Part shown: piece by piece, positions 13,430-26,872 of the stretch
Layout: every line of letters starts with the position of its first letter
How positions within the stretch are numbered: position 1 is the first letter of the stretch
Notes under the pieces: model-generated
The model's input: the letters and a program-made list of their open reading frames with translations, nothing else
Databases searched by the model: none
What the model was told of the DNA's origin: nothing
Program-made: the position numbers and the translations under genes
Assembly (NCBI RefSeq): GCF_009914755.1
Contig: NC_060925.1
Length of the DNA stretch: 64,000 nt
Reading direction: 5' to 3' (one strand)
Source of the DNA: the human T2T-CHM13v2.0 reference genome, Homo sapiens

Positions 13430-13700
13430 GATAAAAATGAATACATAGACAACCATTTAGTAAAAAAAAATAGGAATGATACATTATGTATGCTTGTTTA
13501 AAAATGAATAAAGTATCTTTGGAAAGAATCATGAGTCATGAGTGTCTTCTATCAGTGTTTGCTTCAAGGGGATAAAACTGGGTGGCTAGAGAACAGGGAT
13601 GAGTAAGAGACTTATTTTTTTCTGAATAGTATTTTGCACATTTTAAATTTTTAAAAGATGTGTATATATAACCTATTCAAAAATATTTTTAATAAATATA
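13430..13700 (+). mobile_element. L1ME-type 3' end fragment
   Basis: Reads aactgggtggctagagaacagggatgagtaagagacttatttt...taacctattcaaaaa. Confidence 0.5.
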
Positions 13701-13776
13701 TATCAAAGCCAAAACAAAATGAAAACATCATGAAGGCTTGAGAGGACATGAGAGGTTCAAGAAAGACTTTGTAAGT

Positions 13777-13856
13777 ATTAGTTTGAACCATATGGGATTG
13801 CTAAGACTTGATTATTTTCTCTTCAAGACCCTGTAATTTATTATGGTTAACAAAAA
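13777..13856. mobile_element. MADE2 (mariner-derived MITE), decayed
   Basis: About 80 bp with inverted termini ttagtttgaaccatatgggattgc...gtaatttattatggttaac, preceded by TA. Confidence 0.6.
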
Positions 13857-14179
13857 ATTATACTTTTATTTGAACAGTAGGCCGAGGTGGAAAGGTAAAA
13901 GGAGAGAGAATATAGTCAAGCTAATAAGAGTTAGTTTTTCTTACCAATTACTTATAGCCTTCTGTTGTTTTGCTTTGTTTATCCTAGTTTGTTAAACTCC
14001 ATCTCTGTTTAATTATCTGGAACTTCTACTTTTAGCTTTAAGGTAATCCAAGATGGTTCATCACCCTAAGTAATACAAGTAATAAGTGACAGAAACAGGT
14101 TTTAGACCCAGGTATTTCTGCCTTGAAAGCCGATGTTTACTCAATTAGGCCACCCTGCCTTGGGACCCATAGTGGAATC

Positions 14180-14400
14180 ACAGGTGTTTTGAATCCCGGA
14201 CAAGACCTTATTTCAATCTTATTAATCTTTGACAAATCATTTAATCTTGCATATGCCTCGTTTCTTTAGCCTTAAAATTTGATAATATTCCTTATTCTGC
14301 TCACCTCCTACTGGTTATAAAACTGAAATAAAAATGTATGTGGGAGCACTTTATGAACTGTAAGATATATCCAAATGTATACAGTTATTATAGGTTATCA
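14180..14400 (+). mobile_element. MIR SINE
   Basis: Reads ttgaatcccgg...ctttgacaaatcatttaatctt...gcctcgtttcttt. Confidence 0.55.
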
Positions 14401-14526
14401 GTATTATAATCCAGACTGGAAGAGCAGCAGCAATATGTGGAAAGAAACAACAGAGTGTGGATAAAGGAAGAATAAGAAATTAAATAAGAATGTGAGTAAT
14501 GTATTTTATTTTTAACAAACAACATA

Positions 14527-14780
14527 CTTTGGGGTGCTGAGGCAGGAGGATCACTTGAGCACAGGAGTTTGCAACAAGCCTAGTCAACGCAGCGAGACCT
14601 CGTCTCTACAAAAGAAAAACTAAAAAATTAGTTGGGCATGGTGGCAACGCACTTGTAGTCCCAGCTACTAGAGAGGTAGAGGAAGGAGGATTGCTTGAGG
14701 CTCCATAATCACACCACTGCACTCCAGTCTGTGTGTTGGAGTGAGACCCTGTCCAAAACAAGCAAACAAAAATGACAATA
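14527..14780 (+). mobile_element. AluJ, 5'-truncated, with an internal deletion in the right arm
   Basis: AluJ-type ggaggatcacttgagc...gcgagacctcgtctctacaaaa, followed by a degenerate tail. Confidence 0.85.
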
Positions 14781-15747
14781 AATACCAGGGAAGAAATACA
14801 TGAAACATATACCACTTATTCCTAAATAAACAAGCCAATTATTATTCTGAAGGTGTTTAAAGAAATTAATGGTAATAATATTTGTCACTTCGAAACAACT
14901 GGCCTTTATTTTATGCAAAACATTGAATAAAAATGAGCATTCTGAGTGTAATCAAAGACTACAAATTTTAAAAAGTTAATTTGGTGGAAATAGATTTCAA
15001 CAAAGAGCATTAACAAAGGCTTTCTCTTTTGCCTCTTACAACACATTTGGAATGATAAAACGGCGAATATAAGCACAATCGTTTTAAGATGAAATAACAC
15101 ATCTGTCAGCAAAAGACTTGAACAACTAGTCATTATACTTTTTTCCAGACTCTTTCAACCAAAGAGCCAAAAGGACCAGTAATCACTAGGCCTAAAGGAC
15201 AGGAGTCTGCTGCTACCCTGGAACAGGAGCAAGCCCCAGCTGCAGCCGTCCCTGCAGGTTAGAAGGCCCAGGAATTAACTATAATACATGCAGCTGCAAC
15301 ACTTGGGGCTAGAGACTCAGCTACAAAACCCTTGGGAGATGCTTGCCTTTGTCTGGCCTTGGGCTCCAAGGTAACATTCTTGATATTAATCACCCAGGAG
15401 GACAAAGCAGCAGCAGCTGTAGAAGACGAGACGGCAGCCGCAGTGACAGTTCTCTGACCTACATTATGGCTCAAAAATGTATTTTTACCTATGATCCGCT
15501 GACTGTAACAACCCCTGTTTGCTGTACCCATCATTTCTAAAATGATATCAAAGGCTAATTAGGGCCCCCTCTCTGAATATAGCACAAGTTTCTCCTACGT
15601 TTGAGTGTTAACTGTAGTTATCCAGTGCTTCACTTGGATTCACCAAAGTGTTAGTAGCAGTGGTAATGCAGACAAACTTTCTGATTTTACAGAATATAAT
15701 GTCTTTGGGTATTGTAATAATTACAGGTAGAATTCTTTGAATGCTTT

Positions 15748-15882
15748 TTTTTTTTTCTTTTTGTGGGGATGGGGGTATTGCTCTCTTGCCCAGGCTGGTC
15801 TTGAAATCCTGGACTCAATGGATCCTCTAGCCTCTGTCTCCCAAAGTGCTAATATTACAGACATGAGCCACCACACCAAGCC
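15748..15882 (-). mobile_element. FLAM_C-like free left Alu monomer
   Basis: Single J-type arm with a T-tract. TSD tttgaatgcttt at 15736-15747 and 15883-15894. Confidence 0.8.
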
Positions 15883-15894
15883 TTTGAATGCTTT

Positions 15895-16095
15895 CTTTGT
15901 GTTAGGCCTGGTTCTAAGCCCTTTGAAAGCATTACTTGTTTTACCACATTCCAGCTGTATAAAGTAGGTATATTACTATTCCTGTTGTTCAGATGAGGAA
16001 ACTGAATGAGGCACATTGAGAGTAAATTGAGAAAGCCTTAAACACATTTTATCCAGCTGCAGAGACTGCAGCCTTAACCACTACATTTTGCTGCC
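15895..16095 (-). mobile_element. MIR SINE
   Basis: cagatgaggaaactga core, with cttaaccactac at the end. Confidence 0.7.
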
Positions 16096-18843
16096 TCTCT
16101 TTATACTTGAAAACTGGTTAATAGTAATAAAATCACATTCACTATATTGACAATGGAGAAATTGCTCCTAAATGAGAAGAATATTCCATGTATGTGTCTC
16201 TTCATGTTGCTCATTGTATATTATCTTCCTTTACTGAAGGCCTACTGAGTAAGCTGACAGCATTTGCTGAAGGCATATGGCAAAAATAGGCAACAAAGTA
16301 TAAATTTTTGAAATAATTTTTATGTATATAAATAAATATACATATTTAAAGTATCAAGTAGTCACTTTGGCAAACCTCAGAACTTTGTTGACCGTTTTTA
16401 CACATATTACATAATTTGCCACTCTTTCTATTTTGAATTATATGGTGTAGGGCTCCAGCATTTTTTTCTGGTAACTATAGAGTATAAATGCCTTAAATAA
16501 GATGTTATCTCATTAAAATGCCAAGCTGAAATTTCTAGTGATTTTTAATAACAATAAGCATAATCTTTTTTCTCCTTAAATGCCATCATGTTCATTTCAG
16601 AATAATACTAGTTTTATTTCCTAGACTTTTGTATTATGAAGAAAGAAACTTTCTTGTATACCATTTGTCAAATTAAAAAAAATCATCAGGAAAATTAAGT
16701 CTATATTATATATTACTACATTTTTACTATTTGTGATATTTCCTCAATATAGAAACTTAATTAAGTAAAAATAATGAACATGAAGGGCAATTTCAGGACT
16801 ATAATGGTTGCTTGAGAAAATCTGACGGTTTTGCAAAAGCTGAGCCCAATAAATCTGTATCAGTCAGTGATCCCCAGGAAATGTCCTGCACTGAAGTCAT
16901 TACTGCTTCTCAGAAAAATGCATGCTTCTGGATTTATTTCAAAATTATACCTTTGTTTTTATGGCTGATGCCATTTTAATTGCTTCTGCAGAATATTTGT
17001 GGATAATAAATGTCAAATATATTGGCCAATCACATTGATCAAGTTGCCTTTTGAATTCCTTTTGACTTAAAATCATATACCAGATTTCTTCATTAAAATT
17101 CAAAAGAAGGAAAAGAGTAATTAGATATGTTATTTGTTAAAATTCAATCCATAAAGAATGTTCATTTTCTGTTGGAAGAACAGAGCCCATTTAGTTGAAC
17201 TCTACATTCCACTCACCTAAAAATATTACAAATAACTTTTTAACGTGCTTTTCCCCAAACTTGCCCTATTTATTAAACTCTAATATAGACAGCTGAAAAT
17301 CTGTTGTAAGTCCTTGGAAACCCACTTCAAATATTTAACATATTAAATATTGTTAGTGATCTTGTAATTGCCATGAAGCTTTTGATTATTATTTTCTGTC
17401 ACCCACTGATCAATTTGTTTAAATATTTATTAAAAGTATGTCCGATGGTAAAAATTATTATGGTACAGGTCAACCAATCATACTATTAAGAATCCAATTT
17501 ATTATTTAAGAATCATTTGAAATAGAAAACCAATACCCTGCTTACGCCTTCCTAACTGCTGCAATTTACGGGACTCATTGCTTCATAGTTAATGTGAACA
17601 TTTTCATATATGTCTTGATTTTTTAAGCTTTTGCTTTTGTATGTCTGTCAGTGAAAGGGAAAATAAGGGTTGACGTTTTTACCTTTTTTTTTTAAATGCA
17701 GACTCAGTACCCACTACCATTCCTTGTACATAGTATATCTTTAAAATATATTTTAAATGAAGTGAGGGTTACCCTTCTGCTTTTACAATACCTATTGCAA
17801 GGAATGTTAATTCCTTCAGGGTACTCGTTACGTTTGTGACAGATTATTAAAACAGTTAACAAGAGCTTGCAAAATCCTGTTGTATTATGTCAGATGTTCT
17901 TCTATCACAGGCATCTCAGGCTGAAATCATATTTCTGTGTTTTCTACAGCCTCTCAGCTGCTACTAGACCATGTAGGAAAGACCAGCAGGAGATGTTTTT
18001 GTCTAAGTCTGGATTGGTCTCAGTGAGCATTAATGTATTGGAATTGGTGATCCTCTACACCTGGCACCTGTGGAACCAGAATTTTCTATGAAATAGGACT
18101 CTAAAATTTTTATGCCCTTGTTTAATTTATAGTTTGTCCCTAGAGAAATGGCACACACATTAGAAAAAGGAAGAAGGAATTTGTCAAAAATAGAGTGTGC
18201 CTCTTTCCAATTGTAAGAAACTTATTCAAGAAAACCTTCTCAAATAAAGGAGTAGATCAAAGACTAATAGGTTTGAATGTCATTGAGTGAGAATGGATTA
18301 CATAAAGGATATGTTTTACATGGTTTTAAGAATCCTGACTTAAGAAATATTTCAGATAGTTTTATAAAATATGTCCTTGGTTTTTCCCATAGTAATAATT
18401 TTTATGTATACAGAAAAGAGGATTAGGGGTCAACTGGGGCAATAGGAGCAACCAGGGAATGACTGGGGAAGAAAACTGAAGGGTGAGAAACAGCTGGAGT
18501 GTACATTATGCTGGGGCAGCTCTTTGATGCAATCATTTGGCAAGGACTACAAACCTCCTGAGAGGGAGAAAATAGTTAAATGTTTGTAGAAAATATATAG
18601 CTCATCTGTGTCCAATTTATTTATGCAGCTAGCCATATATATCCATATATGTGACATGAAATTAGGCACATCCTAATGGATAAGAAGAGATTCAATGATA
18701 GTTTTGTTTTCAAATTTACTTATTTGAAATATTTTAATGACATAAACTAAGAATATATTTTCGCATATATTTATGCATATATGTGTATACCTCTCTTTCT
18801 AAAATATTTTGACTTTTTATATTGCATTTATTAAAAATTCTGT

Positions 18844-19123
18844 GTCTGGATGTGGTGGCTCATGCCTGTAATCACAGCACTTTGGGAGGCCAAGGTGAGA
18901 GCATCACTTGAGCCCAGGAGTTCGAGACCAGCCTGGACAACATAGAGAGACCCCATCTCTAGAAAAAATACAAAAATTAGCCCTCATTGTGGCACACACC
19001 TGGTCTGTAGTCCTATCTACTCAGGAGGCTGAGGCAGGAGGATCAATTGAGCCAAACAGTTCAAGGTTGCAGTGAGCTATGATTCCGCCACCGCTACAGC
19101 CTGGGTGACAGAGCAAGACCATT

Positions 19124-19154
<31 letters not shown>
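18844..19154 (+). mobile_element. AluJ, full length, (TAAA)n tail
   Basis: Dimeric Alu with J diagnostics cacttgagcccaggagttcgag and gcagtgagctatgat. Confidence 0.9.
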
Positions 19155-19471
19155 CAATTCTTATTTCTCCAAACCCAAAGACACAAATTAAAAAACAATA
19201 TAGGACGTAGGACATGTGATTGAAACCAAGTTTGATGCAACATTTAGTGAAAGCAATCTTAGCAAAAGAAGGAGATAGAGGACAAAAGAAAGGAGAGGAA
19301 GAAATAGGAGAAAACAAAAATGCCTTAACAGCACTTCACCTGGTTTTTAAACTTTGGTCTTATTTGTTATAATCATAATCAATAGTTGAACTCTGTATGT
19401 TACTGTCCTTTTATCAATAATTACTTGGATATTTGATAGTGTTTGCTCCTGAGATTCTGTAACTTATAATT

Positions 19472-19782
19472 TATTTTTTATTATTTATTTTTTTTTTGAG
19501 ACAGGGTCTCACTCTGTTACCCAGGCTGGAGTGCAGTGGCATGATCACTACGTGCTGCAATGCTGAACTTCTGGGCTCAAACAGTCTTCCTGACTCAGCC
19601 TCTAGAGGCGCTAAGACTACAGGTGTGTACCACCATGCCTGACTAATTTTTTTTTAAAATTTTTGTACAGATGGTTTCTCATTATATTGCCCAGGCTAGT
19701 CTTGAATCCTAGCCCCAAATGGTCCTCTGGCCTTGGCTTCTCAAAATGCTGAGATTACTGGCGTAAGCCAACACTCATGGCC
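19472..19782 (-). mobile_element. AluJ, full length
   Basis: T-rich head followed by gagacagggtctcactctgttacccaggctggagtgcagtggcatgatca. Confidence 0.9.
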
Positions 19783-22700
19783 AATTCTTTACCCTCTATT
19801 TTTTTTTTTCTCAATTACATGACTGTGTAAGCATATACTATATTCGGGGTCCATGAAATATAGTCATATTCTGATTTTTCTGAAGACCAGAAAGGACATA
19901 ATATGTATTACATACATATTATATGTTCTATACCAATACTTAATATAATACCTGACATATAGAATATACTCAAAATATCTATTTTCACATGGAGCAGAAG
20001 AATGGGTTAAAATTTACTAAATTTATTAGCCCACTATATTGAAGCCTTACCACATTGCTACTTCCAGCTCTGGAGCTCATATCTCTTCCCATACTTTGAA
20101 TGGGAAGTTAAAAAATTACCTGGAAGATTTTTTGGAGACATTAAATGAATTCATAAATGTCAGTATATGAATAGGAAAAGACTTTGCTAAAGAGAGTTGC
20201 TGTCAAAAATGTTTGAGTGATTATCCTTATGTGACCCACCAGCCCTCCAAGCTAATTTTCAAAGGGATGCGTAGCAATCCTCTGCTGATTTGGCTTCAGC
20301 AGTACTGAGGGTTGCTTTCATGAATGAAAATAAAGCTTGTTTTTAACGTGACCTCGTTTGTCCAGAGCCTTTGTTTATCTACCTCCGTTTCAAAGCTGAG
20401 TCCTTATTTAGTTGCCACTTACTGTGGCCATAAAATCTTCTGCTTTAGTGAAAGGTGATCCCACAGTGGAAAGTGCTATTTCTTCAGGGACTACACAATT
20501 AGAAAGCCTCAACTGGTTGGTGTCAATAAGCCAAGCCCCTCTGACAGCTGCCATTCATGAATCCATTTTCTGCACATGGAAATGTGGAACATAGGAGACA
20601 ATGCAGCCTTTATTATTTGTATTTAATTATGCTCTAGTGGGAAATAATGGTTGTAGAAGATTTCTCTTTAATGGCCAATTTTAGCCATTTTGTGGCATGT
20701 AACGTCAGTTCGGCTTCCTGACAAAGTCTAATTTTGCTGCCTCAGGGTAAATGCTCAATTTTCCTAATATTAATTTAGACAGTTGCAGTTTCTCATCTAA
20801 ATAATTAGTCTCTATATGAAACTTGGGTAATAAACAAAGTTTAGAATAAATAATGAATGAATCTCTTAAGTCAATAACATTGATCTAACACTCTCCTAAA
20901 ATCAAATTGTGAAATAACAGTTTCTTTTGATTGGAATTATACTATACAGCTAGTAAATATGATTGGCACTTTACTTTTTTGATAAGTTACTGAATATAAA
21001 ACATTTTAAGGTTTGGAGCATTTTCTATATTTGCTTTAATTGTATTTAAATACCATATAAAATATGTACCCATTTATGCATTCCAGCAAATACACAACTT
21101 GATGAATGTGCCAAAATCTAGGTAAATGCATATACTTAAAATGCCATGACTGCATTTGATAAGGAAATAAACTTTAAGATACCATTTCAAAAAAATAATG
21201 CATTTCCACTTGCCAGGCACTCAGCAATGTTTAGGACTAATGAAAGTGAGGACTTATCTTCTGTGGCTAGCGTTTGTAGTCAAAATATCTTAAGCTTCTA
21301 GTTGAAATAACACAATAGTCATTCTTTTCCTTTTTCTGTTTCACTTACAAAGCAACATTATGGTTGTTGTTTTTTTTTTTTTTTACCTTGTGGAATTGTT
21401 TCCTGCGCAAAATGATAAGAAAATGGGGTCTAGGTTTACCTCCCTGGATCTGATACAGTTCATCCCTTCAGTAACCCAAATCCTTTCTTTTATAAATATT
21501 CTGAGGTTTGTCACAGAAGGATTTATGTTCATTAGCATTAAAATGAAGCTTTATGTCTCCATTACCAAGGCAGCTTCTGAGATTCCAAACTGTCAAGCCA
21601 TCTTATCTGAGTCCTGATTAATATATCTCCAACAGTAACCCCAAGGGCAGCTTGGCTTCAAATAGGTTCAGTGGCAGATGATCAGTAATGAACAGTTTGC
21701 TGAAGAACACTCAGAAAACCTTATGCTATGGAAAAAGCTTAAGGTCTGATATGGGTCACTCACTGTAAGGGTCCGGGAACCCTAATTCATCTATTTTCAC
21801 TATTTCTATGTTTATGTAAATAATGCAATCTATCTAGCCCTCTGGTGTATTTTCTCGGCCTTCTACTCACTCTGTGAGCATCCACCATCCCAGCCTCTTG
21901 GAAGTCATTGTTCAAGGTCTCTTACAAACTTCTTCATTTTTCCTTTCCCCCTCAGATTCCTCCACTCCTAAATGAAAGCCACAGACTTTACCTTGTTCCC
22001 TCAACCTTTAAAATTTTCTGTTTCCTGACCTGTGAAAGAGTGATAAGCTATTTAAAATACCTAGCAAGTCTGCAGGCTCTTTTATTTATTTATTTTTGTC
22101 CTGAAGACATCTACTCACTGCTATCATCTACCCATTAATATGTGATTCTTTTTATGCCTCTCCTTCTGGTTCTCATTTTCTTTTAAGTTCTCACTTAACC
22201 TCCGAGTTCCAATTTACATGCCCATTCTCACCCAAGTCACATGTGCCCTGTCCTTCCTCTAAACTTCTAGAAGCTTTTATTATTTGTAGCAATAAAGGAT
22301 TCTCATTATTTACTATTTTAAATTATTCATAATCATATCTTCTCTTTCTCACTAAATGGAAACTTCTCTGAGGGAAGGAAATGTGCCAAATAAATTATCC
22401 CTTCTTGTGTAGAACAGGACACCGTGACTCTCACAAATCAGTGTACCACAACTATTTTTGAAAGGGTGGTTGTTGGAATTCATCTTTGCAGTATACTTGA
22501 TAGTTTTATTTGTTAATGTTTTGGTTCTCTATCTAAGTTACAAGTTCTTGGAGGGAAAGGGACCAGGCCTGTATCTGGACGAAAGTAAAAAGTGAGCTTA
22601 CTTGGCAGTCACCATCTCTTCCTCATTTGCACTCTTTCTGTGCTCAATATTTTAACACTTTTTATATCGATAAAATCTGTTTCCATAGAAGATTGTTTAC

Positions 22701-22819
22701 AGTGCTATGCATTTTCATTAATATGTTATTGTCACCAGTTGTCTTGACTTTTTGACTTTTTCATTATTTTGGATTAAGAGGCTTATCCTTGTGTCTTTTG
22801 TGTAAAAAATATACCATAT

Positions 22820-23060
22820 TTGCTAAGAGTGTGAGCTCTGAAAGCAAACATTCTAAGTTAGAATTCAGTCTTAGGTACTTGTAGCTGTTTGACATTTGAC
22901 AAGTTACCTTATTTATTTCTGGTACATTTGTATAATTCAGATTAAAATGTAACTAGTGACATCAGATTTTTAAGGTTGCTATGAGTACTAACTGACAAAA
23001 TGGAAGTAAAATACTCAGCCCAGTGACTGACATATAGTAAGTGTTCAATAAATTTTAGTT
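22820..23060 (+). mobile_element. MIR SINE
   Basis: Reads taagagtgtgagctctgaaagc...gacaagttacc...acatatagtaagtgttcaataaat. Confidence 0.75.
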
Positions 23061-23921
23061 AATGAATATGATAAAAGCAGTAAGTACAGATACTAGGAAA
23101 ACAGTGGCAGCAACAAGGCTTCTCAATCTCTCTGAATCCTTGCATGGAAGCAACTAGATATTAAAGGCAACATTCATGGACAAAATTTACAACAAAACTA
23201 GGTAATAAAGTATCCCATTGAAACCCAAAGAGTGTAGGTAAATCCACAACAACTGCATGACCAACAACATATCATTAATATCTACTTAGGAAGAAGAAGA
23301 AAGCACCAGGGGCCAACTGAATGTCCTCAGAACTGAAGAGCCCTCAAATAACCAATATGTATTTGAAGATCACAACAGGGCCAAATGAAAAGACCTGTCA
23401 AAATCTAGAGGAAGTTTTGCCCATGATAAATGGCAGGTTGGTGCAAAAGGCACACAGTAAAAAACCTGAAGGAGCTGGAGCAGTCTCCCTCCACGAACTC
23501 TCAAAAATGATGGGTGAGAGATACCCTGCATTTCAAGGCCCCATGCTAAGAAAAAACTTCTGGGAGAGAAATCAAAATTGAGGAATGTAGGAATAATAAA
23601 GATGAAGAAAAAAAGGAGGTCCAGACAAAAGTGGGAGAAGAGAACTCAAAACTCAGGAAAAAATAAAAAGTCTGGCATATATTTAAACTTTATTAGAAAA
23701 CAACAGAAGACAGTGTGAAAAAATAAATAAGTAATAAAAAGGAAAAGAAATCCTGGATACCAACTCACTCCAAAAGTTGAGGGAAAAATAACTAAAAGTG
23801 ATACGCAACAAAATAATATCACTATGAACAGTGAAAATACGCCCAAAAAAAGCATACCTACAAAATCAAATCAAAACCATAACCTAGTATTCCTTAACCA
23901 TCTAGAAGAAATTAAGAAAGA

Positions 23922-24408
23922 TATTTATTTCTTAGGGCTGCTATAACTAAGTACCAGAAACAGGTGACTTAAAACAATACAAATTTATATTCACAGTTTT
24001 GAAGACTTAAAGTAAAAAACCAAGGTATCATAAGGGCCATGATCCCTCTGAAGTCCCTAGGGGGGAATCCTTCTGTGCCTTCTCTAGGTGCTGGTGGTTG
24101 CTGGCTATCCTTGGCTTGCAAGTGCTTTTCTCTGCCTCAGCCTTTACATTGCCTTTTCCCTTTGTGTCTTTGTATCTGTCCTCTGTCTTCACATGGTGAG
24201 TCTGTTTTCTGTGTGTGTCTGGGTCAAAATGTACCTCTCCTTATAAGGACATTGGTCATAAGATAAGGGACCGTCCTAATCCAGTGTGGCTTTATTTTAA
24301 TCTGGTTATATCTACAAAGATTCTATTCTCAATTAAGGTAGCATCCACAAGTAACAGAGGTTAGGATTGTAACACATCTTTAGGGTGGACACAATTCAAA
24401 TCACAACA
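23922..24408 (-). mobile_element. MLT1C-like MaLR solo LTR
   Basis: Reads agggctgctataactaagtacc...ccctctgaag...cttataaggaca...ggacacaattcaaatcacaaca. Confidence 0.8.
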
Positions 24409-24816
24409 AGTGTATAAATAATGAATATGTGAGGATAATTATATTAATCATAATTATAAAAATCAGAATAAAGTGGCATAATTCAGAAAAGAATTAGAAA
24501 TAAAGGAAAATAAATTACTTTGGAAATCAAGACTAAATTAGAAGGAACATCACATAGAATAACCACCACAGGTTATACCTTAAGAGATAAACCAAGTAAA
24601 AACAAAAAAGAAAAACAAATAAAGGAAAAAGAAATAAAAGGTTTTTTTTAAGTTTTGAAAGTAAGTGAAAAATACTAAAGATAGTCAGTGAACATCCAAC
24701 ATATGACAAAATATGTCCTTAAAAAAGAAAACAAAATCAGAGGAATAAAAGAAATTCTAAAAATTATATCTGAACTAAATGTCCCCTGAAAATTTTTTTT
24801 TTAAAAAGCCATAGCT

Positions 24817-25199
<383 letters not shown>

Positions 25200-25379
25200 T
25201 CAGGAAGCTTTCAAATGCTACTAATGTCATGTCAAATGGACTCAGGATAAAACTCGAAGAGGCTTCATTGGCCAGTGGTAGGACAATTTGAACTTCAGTG
25301 ATGATAACAACTGCAATTAATTGAGCTCCATCAAATACATTTTAGCTGATGAGTTCATAATAATTGGTGAAATTGGGAA

Positions 25380-26872
25380 TGTTACCAGTGGAAGTTATCA
25401 GAGTCACTGGTGGTGGTTCTGTGTGGGTCTGCAGCAACCTCAATTCTTGCCTCCTCAGAAGAAAGAATTCAATTGAGGGGCATAAGGCATAAAAAGAGAA
25501 TGAGGCAAGTTTCACAGCAGGAGTGGAAGTTTATTTTAAAAGGCTTTAGGACAGGAAAGAAAGTATGCTTAGAAGAGACCCAAGCAGGCATGTGAAGGTC
25601 AAGTGCAGTGTTTAACCTTAATCCTAGGACTTTATAGGCTGGCCCGCCTCCTGCACCTTGCACCCCTTTCCCATGATTCTTTCCTGAGGGTGGGCTGCCC
25701 ACATGAGCCGTGCCCTCCTTACCCTTGGGACATGAGTATGCAGAGTGTGTTTAGGAAGTTGTGCACGTGCCTATCCGAGGCTTTATTTCCGTTTCCAGTG
25801 GAATGCCCCAGAAGGTCATACTCTGCCATTTTGTCTCTTAATGCACATGCCTGGAAAGTTGCTTCTCCCTGGTGTCTACATTCGATTAACACTTTAGTGT
25901 AATAGGTATGGACCGTCAAGAAATATTCTCTCCCTGGTTCTGGCTGCCAGTTTACTGAACAGGAGAGTTCCCTAGCCTCCTCACAGGACGTGCAAATTGA
26001 TCGCTGCTACTGTTCAAACCCCTTATAGGAGCAGGAGCACATGGATGGACAGGTGCAAGGGCCCAGGGCACTGTGCTCTAGCCCTACGGCAGCATCCGGG
26101 GTGGGAGCCTGTAACTCCTGGAGCCCAGATGGGCATGCGTTACAGTGTGCTTCTTTAGCCTTGCTGTCCACAGATGGCTTACGTATTAACCGGCTCAATG
26201 GACCCTCTGTCTTTGTGCAAAAGCAGAGAGCCAATGTGAACAGCTTTCTGTATCCCGAGCCCTTGTTCAACAGTCTAGAAGAATCAGGTCACACACAGAC
26301 TTGAAGGATGGTGAATGTGGGGTTTTACTGGGTGGTGGAGATGGCTGTCAGTGGGATGGATGGGGATCTGGTCAGGGGATGGAGTGGGAAGATGATCTTC
26401 CCCCAGGATTTGGCTGTCCAACAGCCGATTCTTCCACCATCCACAGCCAAGCTCCTCCAGACTTTCAGATGCTCCTTCTCTTCGCTCCTTCTCTGCCATG
26501 TGGTTCTGCTGTTCGTTCACTCATCTGCTCATTTCCTCATCTGCTTCTGGAGTCTGGGGTTCAAGGTTTGTATAGGGTTCAGGGTTTGTATAGGTACAGG
26601 ATAGGGGGCATGGCAGGCCTTTTAAAAGGCAACTTTTGGGCATGAAAACAGGAATGCCTGTCCTCACTTAAGGTGGCAGATATCCAGGCTTGAGGGTGGG
26701 ACCTTCACCAGGGAACTGCCCTCTTCTACTCGGTATTTCCCTGTCTCCTGTCCATATCATTGTCACCTTTAGGGAGGCAATATGATCATTGCAGAACCAT
26801 CACCGGACGTTCCTAGTGGGAGGGGGAGAGCCTTCTACCGCCCTGCTCATGCCTGTCTAACTACCTTTAACA
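25380..26872 (-). mobile_element. MER50-like ERV1 solo LTR, split by an LTR1 insertion
   Basis: Left end tgttaccagtggaag...ctgcagcaacctcaattcttgcctcctcagaagaaagaa; right end ccctgctcatgcctgtctaactacctttaaca. Confidence 0.75.
25956..26759 (-). mobile_element. LTR1-family (HUERS-P2) solo LTR nested inside the MER50-like LTR
   Basis: TG...CA termini. The minus strand begins TGATATGGACAGGAGACAGGGAAATACCGAGTAGAAGAGGGCAGTTCCC. Length ~800 bp. Confidence 0.8.
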
